Source of the DNA: Longimicrobiales bacterium
GTDB lineage: Bacteria > Gemmatimonadota > Gemmatimonadetes > Longimicrobiales > Gaopeijiaceae
Direction: 5' to 3'
Length of the DNA stretch: 64,000 nucleotides
NCBI GenBank assembly: GCA_041690395.1
Contig: JAWLHJ010000002.1
Coordinates: 128,001-192,000, forward strand
Below are positions 20,987 to 30,997 of this stretch, one piece after another. The position numbers and the translations under genes are program-made. Each line of letters opens with the position of its first letter. The stretch's first letter is position 1. The notes under the pieces were generated by a model. That model saw nothing but the letters and a program-made list of their open reading frames with translations, did not search any database and was not told where the DNA came from.

Positions 20987-22458
20987 ACGCCCCCCACTTC
21001 CTCGAGGGCGGCGCGCAGATGGACGCGCTCGTCGAACGGACGCTTTTCCCGGCCGATCACCTGGTACGTCTCGTGCCCCTTACCGGCCAGGACGACCGTG
21101 TCGCCGGGCCGGGCGAGGGCGACCGCGCGCCGGATGGCGTCACCCCGGTCGGCGATGCGCTCATGCGGCACCGTCCCGAGGCCTTCTTCCAGATCGTCCA
21201 GGATCCGCTCCGGATCCTCGGTGCGGGGATTGTCGGAGGTGAGCACGATCACGTCCGCGTGTCGCGCGACCGCCTCGGCCATGGGCCGCCGCTTGGCCCG
21301 GTCCCGGTCCCCACCGGCGCCGAACAGCACGATCAGGCGTCCTTCGGTGAGGGGACGCACGGCCCGGAGCATCCCTTCGAGCGCAGCGGGCGTGTGCGCG
21401 AAGTCGATCAGGACGGTGAAGTCGCCAGACCATGCCACCTCGAGCCGTCCAGGAACGTGCGAAGCCCGGCCGAGCCCCGCGACGACGGCGTCGATCTCGA
21501 GACCGAGCGCGTGAGCGGCGGCCGCGGCGGCCAGGGCGTTCTCCACGTTGTACCGCCCGGGGAGCGCGAGCCGCGCGGGCCGTCGCTCGCCCCCGATCCG
21601 GAGCGTGAAGGACGAGCCGTCCGTACCGAGCTCGAGGTCGCTGGCGGCCACGTCGGCCGGACCCTCGACGGCGTAGGTGACCAGCCGACGACCGGCAGGG
21701 TCCAGCCCGTCCCAGGCGGGCTCCCCTCGATTGACGGCCACGGTGCCTTCCGGGGCCACCAGATGGACGAGGCGGACCTTGGCAGCCCGATACGCCTCCA
21801 TGTCCGGGTGATAGTCCAGGTGGTCCTGCGACAGGTTCGTGAACACGGCCACGTCGAAGGACATCCCGTCGAGCCTGCGCTGGTCGAGGGCATGCGACGA
21901 CGCTTCGAGGACGACAGCCTCGAAGCCCTCGTCGACGAGGTCGCGCAACCAGCGGGCGAGCTGGACCGGACCGGGCGTGGTCAGCGATTCGGTCCCCGGC
22001 CGCACCCCATCGTCGTCCATCAGGCCGAGCGTCCCGATGACGGCCGTCCGCATGCTCGCCCGGAGGATCTCGCGAACGAGGAGCGCGGTGGTCGTTTTCC
22101 CGTTGGTCCCCGTGATGCCGACCGCCTTGAGCGAATCGGAGGGGAAGCCCAGAACCCCGGCAGCGGCGAGCGCGCCGGCGCGACGCCCGTCCGTCACGAC
22201 CAGCTGCGGCAGGTCCAGATCGAGGGGACGCTCCACGACCGAGGCGACCGCGCCCCGCGCCGCCGCCTCGGCTACGTGGTCGTGACCGTCGTGAGCGGTG
22301 CCCTTCCACGCGAGGAAGAGGTCGCCGGCCGCGACCGTTCGGGAGTCCTGTGATACGCCCTGAACGGAGACGTCCCCCGCGCCGCGCGTCTCCGTGAGGA
22401 GGCCAGCAGACCGGAGGACGTCGCCCACCGCGCCGAGGGACCGCAGGGCGTCAGTCAT
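20983..22458 (-). CDS. murE: UDP-MurNAc-dipeptide--meso-DAP ligase
   Basis: GTNGKTT, EASSH, DHLDYH, DFAHTP, DNPR (DAP-type motif), AGKGHE. Confidence 0.95.
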   Translation of the reverse strand: MTDALRSLGAVGDVLRSAGLLTETRGAGDVSVQGVSQDSRTVAAGDLFLAWKGTAHDGHDHVAEAAARGAVASVVERPLDLDLPQLVVTDGRRAGALAAAGVLGFPSDSLKAVGITGTNGKTTTALLVREILRASMRTAVIGTLGLMDDDGVRPGTESLTTPGPVQLARWLRDLVDEGFEAVVLEASSHALDQRRLDGMSFDVAVFTNLSQDHLDYHPDMEAYRAAKVRLVHLVAPEGTVAVNRGEPAWDGLDPAGRRLVTYAVEGPADVAASDLELGTDGSSFTLRIGGERRPARLALPGRYNVENALAAAAAAHALGLEIDAVVAGLGRASHVPGRLEVAWSGDFTVLIDFAHTPAALEGMLRAVRPLTEGRLIVLFGAGGDRDRAKRRPMAEAVARHADVIVLTSDNPRTEDPERILDDLEEGLGTVPHERIADRGDAIRRAVALARPGDTVVLAGKGHETYQVIGREKRPFDERVHLRAALEEVGGV

Positions 22459-24445
22459 TGGACCGCGCTCCGAGCCTCAGGCGAACGGTGTCGCCGGGCA
22501 GCACGCGGGCACCGGGTGGCGGCGACGTCCCGACGATGTCGCCGCCCGCGGGCCGGATCACCCTCAGCCCCAGTGCGTGCAAGCGACGGACCGCTACCCG
22601 CGCGGGCAGCCCGGTCACGTCCGGGAGCGCCACGCCGTCGGCGAGGCCGGGGACGCCGCGAGCGCTCGAGCCCGAGCCGGATTCCACGACGCCGAGAGGC
22701 GGGAGCGGCGGGTCGATCGGCTGGCTGGCGAAGCTGGCCAGCGACTCCGCGAGCGGACGGCGTGCCTCGGCCCTCGCGGCCGAGCGGACCAGGGCCGCAC
22801 GGTCGAGCGGCGTGGCCCGTGCGGCCAGCGCCGCCTCCATCGTTGCCCTGGTCACCGGGGCGGCGACCGCTCCACCGTAGTAGGCGCCGCTCGGACGATC
22901 GAGCTTCACGAAGACGACGAGCTGTGGATCGTCGGCCGGGAAGAACCCGACGAACGACGAATAGTACGCGCCCTCCTCGTATCCCTCGCTGGAGTAGGCC
23001 CGGGCCGTGCCACTCTTCCCGGCCACGTCGAAGGTCGCCATGCGCGCGGAGCCGCCGGTCCCGTCCTCGACGACCCCGACCAGCTCCCGGCTGATCGCGC
23101 GAGCCACCCGCTCGGGTACCACGCGCCGGATGGCCCGGGGCTCGGACCGTTCGACGACGAGCCCGTCCGCGCTCCGAACCTCGCGAACCAGATACGGCTT
23201 CATGAGCATGCCGCCGTTGGCCAGGGCGCCGTACGCCATCGCCATCTGCAGCGGAGTCACGGAGATCTCGTAGCCGATGGCGAGGGACGCGGCCGACTGG
23301 GATGTCCACTGTTCCGGACGGCGGAGCAGCCCGCCCGACTCGCCCGGCAGCTCGATGCCGGTGGGCACGCCGAAGCCGAAGTCCCGCAGGTTCTCGTACT
23401 GGGTGCCGGCGTCCATGGCCAGCGCGGCCTTCGCGATCCCGACGTTCGAGGACACGCGCAGAGCTTCCCCGACCGTCATCACCCCCGACGAATGGACGTC
23501 GTGGAGTGTCCGGCCCTCGACCGTCCAGCTTCCGTTCTCGACGTCCACCGAATCGTGGAGCGAGGCGAGGTCGTCGGTGAGCAGCCCCGCCACCGTGAAG
23601 GGCTTCAACGTCGAGCCGGGCTCGAACGGGCTGTGGATCGCGGACAGGGAGCCGTCCTCGCCGTCCCGGATCGAAACGAGTGCGAGCACCTCACCCGTCG
23701 CCGGATCCGTGACCAGCACGTCCCCACCCTTCGCCTGCGTCCGCTCGATCGCCTCCTCGAGGGCTTCGTGCGCGATCTCCTGCAGATCCATGTCCAGCGT
23801 CAGGACGACGTCGCTTCCCGTCCGCGGCGCGCTCACCATCAGCCGCTCACCCGGAATGGCGGCGCCGAGGTGGTCGCGGGCGACGACCTCCCGACCCGGC
23901 TCGCCGCGGAGGAGCTCGTCGAACGCCTGCTCGATGCCACCCTCGCCCTGGTCTTCCCTGACCCGTCCCAGGATGCCGCGCGCGAGATCACCGTGCGGGT
24001 GATGGCGCTGCAGCTCGCGCTCGAGCCTGAGCCCCCGGATGCCCCGGGCGCGCTCCTGGATGCCGGGAGGATGGAGCCCCGGCACCACGCTCCAAGCCCG
24101 GCTCGGCGCGGTCAGCGACCGTGCCTGACGGGCCGGGATCCCGAGCTCCGCGGTCAGGAGGTCACGCGCCGCCTCGAGGTCGCTGACTTCCCGGGGCGAG
24201 AAGCTCATGCGATACCTCTCACGCGATACGGCGAGCGGCATGCCGTCCCGGTCGAGCACGGTGCCACGCGGCGCCGCCACGGCGACGTCCGTCCGGTGCT
24301 GCCCCTCGGCGACCTGCTTCCACTCGGAGGCCTGTGCGAGCTGGATCTGGCCGGAGCGGGCCACGATGCAGACCAACGCGAGCAGCCATCCGGCCAGCAG
24401 GAGCCGCCGGCGCCAGGGGCTCGGGGGACGCATCTCTTGGCTCAT
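22451..24445 (-). CDS. ftsI: class B PBP (FtsI) with C-terminal PASTA-like domain
   Basis: EPGSTLK (SxxK), SSN (SxN), KSG; N-terminal TM. Confidence 0.93.
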   Translation of the reverse strand: MSQEMRPPSPWRRRLLLAGWLLALVCIVARSGQIQLAQASEWKQVAEGQHRTDVAVAAPRGTVLDRDGMPLAVSRERYRMSFSPREVSDLEAARDLLTAELGIPARQARSLTAPSRAWSVVPGLHPPGIQERARGIRGLRLERELQRHHPHGDLARGILGRVREDQGEGGIEQAFDELLRGEPGREVVARDHLGAAIPGERLMVSAPRTGSDVVLTLDMDLQEIAHEALEEAIERTQAKGGDVLVTDPATGEVLALVSIRDGEDGSLSAIHSPFEPGSTLKPFTVAGLLTDDLASLHDSVDVENGSWTVEGRTLHDVHSSGVMTVGEALRVSSNVGIAKAALAMDAGTQYENLRDFGFGVPTGIELPGESGGLLRRPEQWTSQSAASLAIGYEISVTPLQMAMAYGALANGGMLMKPYLVREVRSADGLVVERSEPRAIRRVVPERVARAISRELVGVVEDGTGGSARMATFDVAGKSGTARAYSSEGYEEGAYYSSFVGFFPADDPQLVVFVKLDRPSGAYYGGAVAAPVTRATMEAALAARATPLDRAALVRSAARAEARRPLAESLASFASQPIDPPLPPLGVVESGSGSSARGVPGLADGVALPDVTGLPARVAVRRLHALGLRVIRPAGGDIVGTSPPPGARVLPGDTVRLRLGARSND

Positions 24446-24729
24446 GACGCGGGCTCCCCGGAGAGAATGACGAGCTCGGAGGCGTCCGGGGTGTGCATGC
24501 CGAGGCGCGCTCGCGCCGCCGGAACGACCCGACCCCGACTCTCCAGCGACTGGATACTCCGCTCCAGGTCGATCCGCTCGGCACGCGCTTCCGAGGTGGA
24601 CCGCCTCACCGCCTCGAGCTCGCGGAGCACCTCGAATGCGCGACTCTGACGCCAGGTGACGAAGCCGAGCGCCAACAGGAGCACGGCGAGCGTGAGGGCC
24701 GCGCGGCCCAGGAAGGACGGCTCGATCAT
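24442..24729 (-). CDS. ftsL: FtsL-like small membrane protein
   Basis: TM plus coiled coil, ARARLGM; located between rsmH and ftsI. Confidence 0.8.
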   Translation of the reverse strand: MIEPSFLGRAALTLAVLLLALGFVTWRQSRAFEVLRELEAVRRSTSEARAERIDLERSIQSLESRGRVVPAARARLGMHTPDASELVILSGEPAS

Positions 24730-25649
24730 GCCGCTTTCCTCCAGGCACGCAGGCGCGCGCTCCTCGCTCTCGGGTTGCCCGAGACCTCGTCCTCGCTCGG
24801 GCGCACCGGCTTCCTCGTCAGCGTCTCGCCCAGCGCCTTCCCACGGCACATGCAGATGGGGATCTCCGGCGGGCAAACGCAGGCGCGGCTCCACTCGCGG
24901 AACGTGTGCTTCACGATCCGGTCCTCGAGCGAGTGGTACGCGATGACCACCAGCACGCCGCCGTCCACGAGCACGTCCCTCAGCGCCGGCAGCGCCCGCT
25001 CCAGGGCCTCGAGCTCGTCGTTCACCGCGATGCGGATCGCCTGGAAGATGCGCGCCTTGTCCTGCGCGGTGGGCGACTTGCCGTACGCCACGCTCATGGC
25101 CGCGACCACCTGGTCGCTGGTCTCGAACGGCTCGGTCTCACGGCGCTTGACGATCTCGCGAACGAGGCGTCGGGCGCGAGGCTCCTCGCCGTAGGAGCGA
25201 AAGACGTCGAGCAGCCGCTCCTCGTCGGCATCCTGAAGAAAGGCCGCTGCGTCGCCGGGCGTCTCCGGATCCATGCGCATGTCGAGCGTGACACCCCGTC
25301 GGAAGGCGAAGCCCCGATCGTCGGCGTCCAGCTGATGTGAGCTCACACCCAGGTCCAGGAGCGCGCCGTCCAGGCCACGGTCCCGGACCTCCGGGTCGGA
25401 AGCGGCGTCGTCGAAGCGGGCGCGGATGAAGCGCACGCGCTCACGATGCATCGCCAGCCGCTCACGGGCCGCGTCCAACGCCTCCGGATCGCGGTCGACG
25501 GCGAGCACCCGGCAGCCCGGGCAGGCCTCCAGGATCGCGAGGGTGTGCCCCCCTCCGCCGACCGTGCCGTCGAGCAGGAGCGCGTCGCCGCGCGGGTCGA
25601 GCAGGTCGAGCACTTCCTCGACGAGGACGGGGGCGTGGTAGTCGGACAC
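24726..25649 (-). CDS. rsmH: 16S rRNA m4C1402 methyltransferase
   Basis: HAPVL, GGGGH, DLGVSS, LDMRM, HSLEDR, NPRARSARLR. Confidence 0.97.
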   Translation of the reverse strand: MSDYHAPVLVEEVLDLLDPRGDALLLDGTVGGGGHTLAILEACPGCRVLAVDRDPEALDAARERLAMHRERVRFIRARFDDAASDPEVRDRGLDGALLDLGVSSHQLDADDRGFAFRRGVTLDMRMDPETPGDAAAFLQDADEERLLDVFRSYGEEPRARRLVREIVKRRETEPFETSDQVVAAMSVAYGKSPTAQDKARIFQAIRIAVNDELEALERALPALRDVLVDGGVLVVIAYHSLEDRIVKHTFREWSRACVCPPEIPICMCRGKALGETLTRKPVRPSEDEVSGNPRARSARLRAWRKAA

Positions 25650-25651
25650 GG

Positions 25652-26083
25652 TCAACCGAAGAGCTTGTGCGCGAGCTGCTGCAGGTCGCCGGCGGCCCCT
25701 TCGACGGACTTCCGGTACGTCTCGGGGTCCCAGAGCTCGACGCGGTCGATGTTGCCGCTGAGCAGCACGGAACCGTCCAGGCTTCCCGCTTCCTGGAGCG
25801 TGGCCGGAATCAGGATCCGTCCCTGCTTGTCCGGAGACACCTCTACGGCCTGAGCGACGATGACGCGCACGTGGTTCCAGGACTGAGGGTCGGTCCGCCG
25901 GAACTCCAGGAGCCGCTGCTGCACCTCCGTCCACTTCGACTCCGGAAAGAGCGTCAGGTACGGCTTCTCCCACTGGAGGAGCACGAAGCGGTCGCCGTCC
26001 GCCTCGCGCCGAAACGCGGAAGGCAGACTGACTCGCCCCTTCGAGTCCATCTGGTGCTCGTACTGACCGACGAAGCCGTTCAC
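25652..26083 (-). CDS. mraZ: transcriptional regulator MraZ
   Basis: two DxxGR motifs (DSKGR, DKQGR), ELW. Confidence 0.95.
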   Translation of the reverse strand: MNGFVGQYEHQMDSKGRVSLPSAFRREADGDRFVLLQWEKPYLTLFPESKWTEVQQRLLEFRRTDPQSWNHVRVIVAQAVEVSPDKQGRILIPATLQEAGSLDGSVLLSGNIDRVELWDPETYRKSVEGAAGDLQQLAHKLFG

Positions 26084-26094
26084 TCAATGTCCAG

Positions 26095-26149
26095 GTGGCA
26101 TGGAGTGGGGAGAAGTGGGAAGTGATGGGGGATAATAGGGGTCGGTGGA
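26095..26149. promoter_or_regulatory. MraZ operator: six GTGG-like boxes with 10-bp period
   Basis: gtggc 26095, gtggg 26105, gtggg 26115, atggg 26125, atagg 26135, gtgga 26145 on the + strand, just upstream of mraZ. Confidence 0.85.
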
Positions 26150-26161
26150 CCACGACGTCAA
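26132..26161 (-). promoter_or_regulatory. sigma70-type dcw promoter
   Basis: TTGACG-N18-TATTAT on the minus strand, overlapping the MraZ boxes. Confidence 0.7.
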
Positions 26162-26354
26162 GGGTCGATTTTTGGCATTTTCGACGACCCGACAAGGTGG
26201 CCAAAACCGCCCGGAGTCGTTGTCAGTCAAGGGAGACGGCGATTCGGACCAGAATCGAATTCCCAGAAAATACGAACAAAAACCGAAAGTCTTTCGGGTG
26301 GCTCGCCGGAACGCGGGTGGGACGAAGTGGGATGCATCCGGTCGGGGGGGGACG

Positions 26355-26392
26355 AAAAAAAGGGCGCCGCGGGAAGAAACCCGCGGCGCCCT
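26355..26392 (-). terminator. intrinsic terminator of the TPR gene
   Basis: 12-bp GC stem gggcgccgcggg/cccgcggcgccc followed by a T7 tract on the minus strand. Confidence 0.88.
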
Positions 26393-26424
26393 GAGACCCT
26401 GGAAGGGCCGGTGTGCCTACATGC

Positions 26425-28173
26425 CTACATCCCGCCCCGCTGGATGATGGCCTCCTGGATCTCGACGTAGGTGTTCGCGTTCTCGACGAGCTGCGAGAGG
26501 TTCACGTTCACCGACGCCGGGTACTGACCGGACGCGTTCAGCAGGCGTAGCGCTTCCTGGAACTTCGGCAGCGTCGACTGCGCGGACTGGAGCGTCTGCG
26601 GCTCCTGCTCCTGCACGCCCTGCTGGTACAGGCTGAAGCCGTGCCAGAAGTTGAGCTGCTCGATGAGCGGCTGCGGCAGGTTCGGAAGCTGCTTGGCGGC
26701 GCTCATTCCCTGGATCGCGTAGCCGTAGTCGTCTTTCTGGTAGCCGTTCTGATATGCCTCGTTGAAGATGAGGCGCCCGGCCTGCTCGGCCTGCTGCGGA
26801 TTGCCCTCGGCGACGTCGCTCAGGATATCGACGGCGTCCTGGATGCGGCCCGCCTGGATGAGCCAGTTGCCCTGGCGCAGCGCGGCGCTCGGGTGGTCCG
26901 GGTTGATCTCACGCACACGTCCCAGTGCCGTGATCGCGTCGTCGAGGCGATCCGACCGCTGGAGCGCATCGGCGTAGATCAGCCAGATCGAGTCGTCCTG
27001 GGGGTGCGTCTCCAGCACCTGCTCGCTCATCTGGATGGCCGACGCCAGGTCGCCCAGCTGGACGTGCGCGGAGATGACGTTGCGGAGCTGGCTCACGCGC
27101 GTCTCCGCACCCTTCGCCTCGTAGACCCGCGTGTACGCCTCGATGGCCTCACGGTAGTACTCCGCCGCGGCCGGGGAGATGGTGCCGCTGTCCTCCTGCT
27201 GCGCACCGACGGCCTGCTCTTCCTGAACCTGGAGGGCCGCGGAGAACGCGAAGCCGCCGTACTGCTCCCAGAGGTCGACGTTGTCCGGATCGACGTCGAG
27301 GCCGACCTGGATGAAGTCCATGGCTCCGACGGGGTCACCCGCCTGGGCCAGGTCGTAGGCGATCCGCATGCGGATGGCCGTGTTACCCGGCTGGAGCTCG
27401 AGGTACTGCGAGTAGTAGTCACGCGCGAGGTCGTTCTGGTCGGTCGTCGCCGCGATGTATCCCGCGAGCTGGAGCGCGTCCTCGTGGAACGGATCGGCCT
27501 CGAGCACGACCTGGAGCTCGGAGAGCGCCTCTTCGTGGTTCTCCATCTCGTAGTAGATCCGCGCCCGCTGGTACCGGACACTCACCGCCGCCGGGTTGAT
27601 CTCGATGGCCTCGTCGCAGTTCCGGAGCGCGTTCTCCCACTGCTGGCTGGCCGCGTAGTCCGCGCAGATGGCCGCGGAGCGGACCTGCGTGTTGTAGCGA
27701 TCGAAGGCGTTGAAGATCTGCTGAGCCGCCTCTTCACGGCCGTTCCGAGGCACCGTGAACTCGGGGATGTCGAACGACTCGCTCGCCCCGATGTTCCAAA
27801 CCTGGGCGTTCACGACGAACGACTCGTCGGCCTGCTGCGTGTACTGGGCGCACACGGCCACCGGCGCGTCGATCTGCGAAGCGAGCTGACGTGTCCGGAT
27901 GCAGTTGAGGTCTTTCATGTCGATGTCGAAGTCGTCGGCCGCGTCCTCGATATCGCCACGGGGGATGGCACGGTGGGTCGCGAGCCCGTCGATCAGCTCA
28001 CGCAGATCCTCGGATGCGTCCCGTCCGAAGTTGTCCCTAGCGCCCTCGAGGGGCTCGAAGTAGGGAACCAGGACGCGGAAGCGTCCTCCGTCCTGAGCCT
28101 CGGCAACCGTCGCCGGTCCCAGGACCAGGGCGGCAGCCGCCACCGTCATTACCGTCTTTAGCCGTCCGAGCAT
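26425..28173 (-). CDS. secreted tetratricopeptide-repeat protein
   Basis: signal peptide ending AEA-Q; many TPR-like helices ending in P-x-x turns. Confidence 0.85.
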   Translation of the reverse strand: MLGRLKTVMTVAAAALVLGPATVAEAQDGGRFRVLVPYFEPLEGARDNFGRDASEDLRELIDGLATHRAIPRGDIEDAADDFDIDMKDLNCIRTRQLASQIDAPVAVCAQYTQQADESFVVNAQVWNIGASESFDIPEFTVPRNGREEAAQQIFNAFDRYNTQVRSAAICADYAASQQWENALRNCDEAIEINPAAVSVRYQRARIYYEMENHEEALSELQVVLEADPFHEDALQLAGYIAATTDQNDLARDYYSQYLELQPGNTAIRMRIAYDLAQAGDPVGAMDFIQVGLDVDPDNVDLWEQYGGFAFSAALQVQEEQAVGAQQEDSGTISPAAAEYYREAIEAYTRVYEAKGAETRVSQLRNVISAHVQLGDLASAIQMSEQVLETHPQDDSIWLIYADALQRSDRLDDAITALGRVREINPDHPSAALRQGNWLIQAGRIQDAVDILSDVAEGNPQQAEQAGRLIFNEAYQNGYQKDDYGYAIQGMSAAKQLPNLPQPLIEQLNFWHGFSLYQQGVQEQEPQTLQSAQSTLPKFQEALRLLNASGQYPASVNVNLSQLVENANTYVEIQEAIIQRGGM

Positions 28174-28424
28174 CGTTCGTCTCCCCGGGATTCACCCGTT
28201 CTGTTCTTGGCCCGTAAAACAGGCCGGTCCGGTCCGGCAACCGGACCTAGAGTTCACTACCCACATAACCCGACCGGGGGGCGGAGGTCCATCCACCGTC
28301 CCCGGCCGACGAAAAAAGCGTCCGCAAGGTACGGTGGGTGCCTTGGTCTCGCCAGGGTCGATTTCCTCCGTCGCCCGGCACCTCCCGTCATCATCGGCTT
28401 CTACATCGACCACTTGTCGAGGTT

Positions 28425-28862
28425 TCAATCCGTGGAGCCGCCGAACGGACCGTCGAACGCCTCGAGCCGGGCGCGGTGCCCTTCGGGCAGGGCCATGGAC
28501 CGGCCCGCGCCGTAGTCGAACATGACCTGGACGGTCGTGCCGCTCACGAGCAGGGTTCCCTCACCCGAGCGGACCTCGTAGTCCAGCTCGAAGTGCTTGC
28601 GTCCGAGTCTGCTCGCACGCACGCCCACGCTGACCGTCTGCGGCCACAGGACGCGCTCGTGCCAGCGGATACGGGCTTCGGCGAGCACGTGGTCGACGTC
28701 CTCGATCCTTCCGCGGCCCAGCACTTCCGTGTAATAGGCCCAGCGGGCCTCCTCGAAGTACATGAGGGCCTCGGAGTGGTGCGCGTGCCCCCCGACGTCG
28801 ATGTCGCGGAACCGGACCGTGACGGGGTGATGAAAGCGGAAGCCGTCGGAGCTGTCGGTCAC
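28425..28862 (-). CDS. acyl-CoA thioesterase (4HBT/YbgC hotdog fold)
   Basis: VRFRDIDxxGH, YFEEAR. Confidence 0.85.
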   Translation of the reverse strand: MTDSSDGFRFHHPVTVRFRDIDVGGHAHHSEALMYFEEARWAYYTEVLGRGRIEDVDHVLAEARIRWHERVLWPQTVSVGVRASRLGRKHFELDYEVRSGEGTLLVSGTTVQVMFDYGAGRSMALPEGHRARLEAFDGPFGGSTD

Positions 28863-28951
28863 GGCGATACCTCGGGCGGAGCGTGGGACGATGGAGGCCT
28901 GACCGGCCGCGAACCACGATTCTCTCACCCGCCCGCTCGTGTGGGAACCCT

Positions 28952-30055
28952 TCAGCCCCCGCGGAGGATCTCGATACCCCCGGATCCCGTGTCGACGGAG
29001 AGGCGGCCGTCCCCGTCCCCGATCCGTCCGCTGACATGATCACGACGGGCCGAGCGGATCTGCATGGGAAGCTCCACCTCGATCCTGCCGCTCCCCGTGT
29101 CGAGCTCCACCTCGGCGCCGAAGCCGTCCGGCACCCGGACCGTGACCGAGCCCGATCCGGTATCGACCACGAAGCGCTCGATGTCGTCGAGGAGCTCCAC
29201 GTCGATGCCTCCGCTGCCGGTATCGATCTCGACGTCGGGGCTCCGCACTCCAGTCACGCGGATGCCGCCGGACCCGGTATCCACCCGGAGACGGCGGGCC
29301 TCCACCCCTTCCACCACGATGCGTCCGGAACCGGTGTCGAGCTCCACGTCGTCGCCGGCGATCCGCGCGGCGTCGATGCGGCCCGAGCCGGTATCGACGA
29401 GGACGTCGCCCCGCACGTCCCGCACCTCCACGCTGCCGGACCCCGTGTCGACCTCGAGCGCACCCGTGATGTCGGACACGGTCACGCTCCCCGACCCCGT
29501 ATCGACACGCAGGTCGCCACGCACGCCTCGAGCGTCGGCGCGACCGACGGCCAGGTAGACCTGCATGTGCCGCCCGCTGGGGACCTCGACGACCAGGTCC
29601 GCCCACGCCTCCAGTCCGTCACCCGAGCCACGCACGTTCACGCGGTCTCCCTCGCGGCCGCCACCGTCCGAGAACGTTCCGTCGGCCCGCACCCTCAGAT
29701 TGGTATTGGACCCACGTCCCATCTCCGGATACACGACCTCGTCGGACGGGTAGATCACGCGGAGCGTGCTCCGTCCACCGATCGGGCCGGTCTCGACCTG
29801 GAGGCGTGAGGCGTCGCGGCCGCCGCGGCTCACGCGCACGACCACCTCCGACCCGCTCCCGGGAACGACCTGCACGTGACCCGCGAGGTTGTAGACGGCC
29901 ACCTCCGTCCCGGAAACCCGATGGACCTCCTGCCCGGCAGCGACCGCCGGCGCCCAAATCGTGAGCGCGAGGCCGATCGCAATCCGCGATCCGGCCCTTC
30001 GTGGGTCTCGGCGCGGCGCCGTCCGTCGTGCGTCGACTCGTCCGATCTTCGTCAT
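28952..30055 (-). CDS. secreted DUF4097-like beta-strand repeat protein
   Basis: signal peptide; nine DTGSG repeats. Confidence 0.82.
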   Translation of the reverse strand: MTKIGRVDARRTAPRRDPRRAGSRIAIGLALTIWAPAVAAGQEVHRVSGTEVAVYNLAGHVQVVPGSGSEVVVRVSRGGRDASRLQVETGPIGGRSTLRVIYPSDEVVYPEMGRGSNTNLRVRADGTFSDGGGREGDRVNVRGSGDGLEAWADLVVEVPSGRHMQVYLAVGRADARGVRGDLRVDTGSGSVTVSDITGALEVDTGSGSVEVRDVRGDVLVDTGSGRIDAARIAGDDVELDTGSGRIVVEGVEARRLRVDTGSGGIRVTGVRSPDVEIDTGSGGIDVELLDDIERFVVDTGSGSVTVRVPDGFGAEVELDTGSGRIEVELPMQIRSARRDHVSGRIGDGDGRLSVDTGSGGIEILRGG

Positions 30056-30090
30056 GTCCCCCTCCCCTACTCTTGTCGACATCGTCATCG

Positions 30091-30948
30091 TCATCGGATC
30101 CGGATGGATCCGTTCACCGTCTTGATCCGGATGGTCGGTCCGCCCAGGCCGAGCGTCCCGGTCGCGCGGCCGCGCCCCATGCGACCGAGCGTGATCGGGA
30201 GCTCGGAGTCGAGGCCGCCGTTCAGCCAACGCACGTCGAGCTCGGCGTCCATGTCGTCCGGGAAGTCGAGCTCGATCCGCCCGTTCACGGTCTCGAAGTC
30301 CACTTCGCCGGTAGGCGCGTCGCCCATCCGAGCCTCGATGGAGCCGTTGACCGTCCGGGCATGAGCGGATCCGGTGGTCGACAGCTCGACACCTCCGTTG
30401 ACCGTGTTGGCGACGACGTCGGACTCGAGCTCGACGGCCTCGACGGATCCGTTGACCGTGCGCCCGTGAAACGGCACGCCGCTCGGCACCTCCACACGGA
30501 ACTCGACCTCCACGTCGTTCCGACGGGTGTTCATGCGGCCGCCGTCACCCGGGGCGCAAACGTTCTCGTCCGAGCCGGACGGGGTCGGGTAGACGGCGCA
30601 GAAGGTGATCCCCCCGGCATGCTCCACACGCTCGACTCGCACCGCGGCGGGATCGCTCCGTTCCCCTCTGATGGTCGCCGTGACCACCACCTCCGATCCG
30701 GCCGCGCGCTGTGCGTGAACCGATCCGTTGACACCCTTGATCTCGAGGACGCCGCCGGCCGGCATCGGGCCGCGCCAGACGAACGCCTCCTGGCCGCCCC
30801 GGCGGACCTCCCGTCGAACGTCGCGGTCGTTCGCCGCGAGGTCCGCCACCGCGAGCCCGCCGATCGTCATGAAGCCCAGCGTCGACAGCGCCACCAGGCG
30901 CCCGACCGTCCACGCGTTCCGTCCGGTACCGTTCGTCGATCCCATCAT
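30091..30948 (-). CDS. DUF4097-like beta-strand repeat protein
   Basis: N-terminal hydrophobic segment; five TVNG repeats; GAGGAGG RBS. Confidence 0.8.
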   Translation of the reverse strand: MMGSTNGTGRNAWTVGRLVALSTLGFMTIGGLAVADLAANDRDVRREVRRGGQEAFVWRGPMPAGGVLEIKGVNGSVHAQRAAGSEVVVTATIRGERSDPAAVRVERVEHAGGITFCAVYPTPSGSDENVCAPGDGGRMNTRRNDVEVEFRVEVPSGVPFHGRTVNGSVEAVELESDVVANTVNGGVELSTTGSAHARTVNGSIEARMGDAPTGEVDFETVNGRIELDFPDDMDAELDVRWLNGGLDSELPITLGRMGRGRATGTLGLGGPTIRIKTVNGSIRIR

Positions 30949-30997
30949 CATCTCCTCCTCGTCGTCATCCATTGGATCCGAGTCTCACGCCCCACCT

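Noticed and set aside
28231..28247. Hairpin ggtccgg-caa-ccggacc upstream of the TPR gene
   Set aside because: A single 7-bp stem in GC-rich DNA, with no recognisable RNA family.
28952..29530. Periodic DNA repeats resembling a CRISPR or tandem array
   Set aside because: They encode the DTGSG protein repeats with synonymous variation; no cas genes and no spacers.
30075..30112. catcgt microrepeat and ggatcc palindromes
   Set aside because: Too short to be significant.
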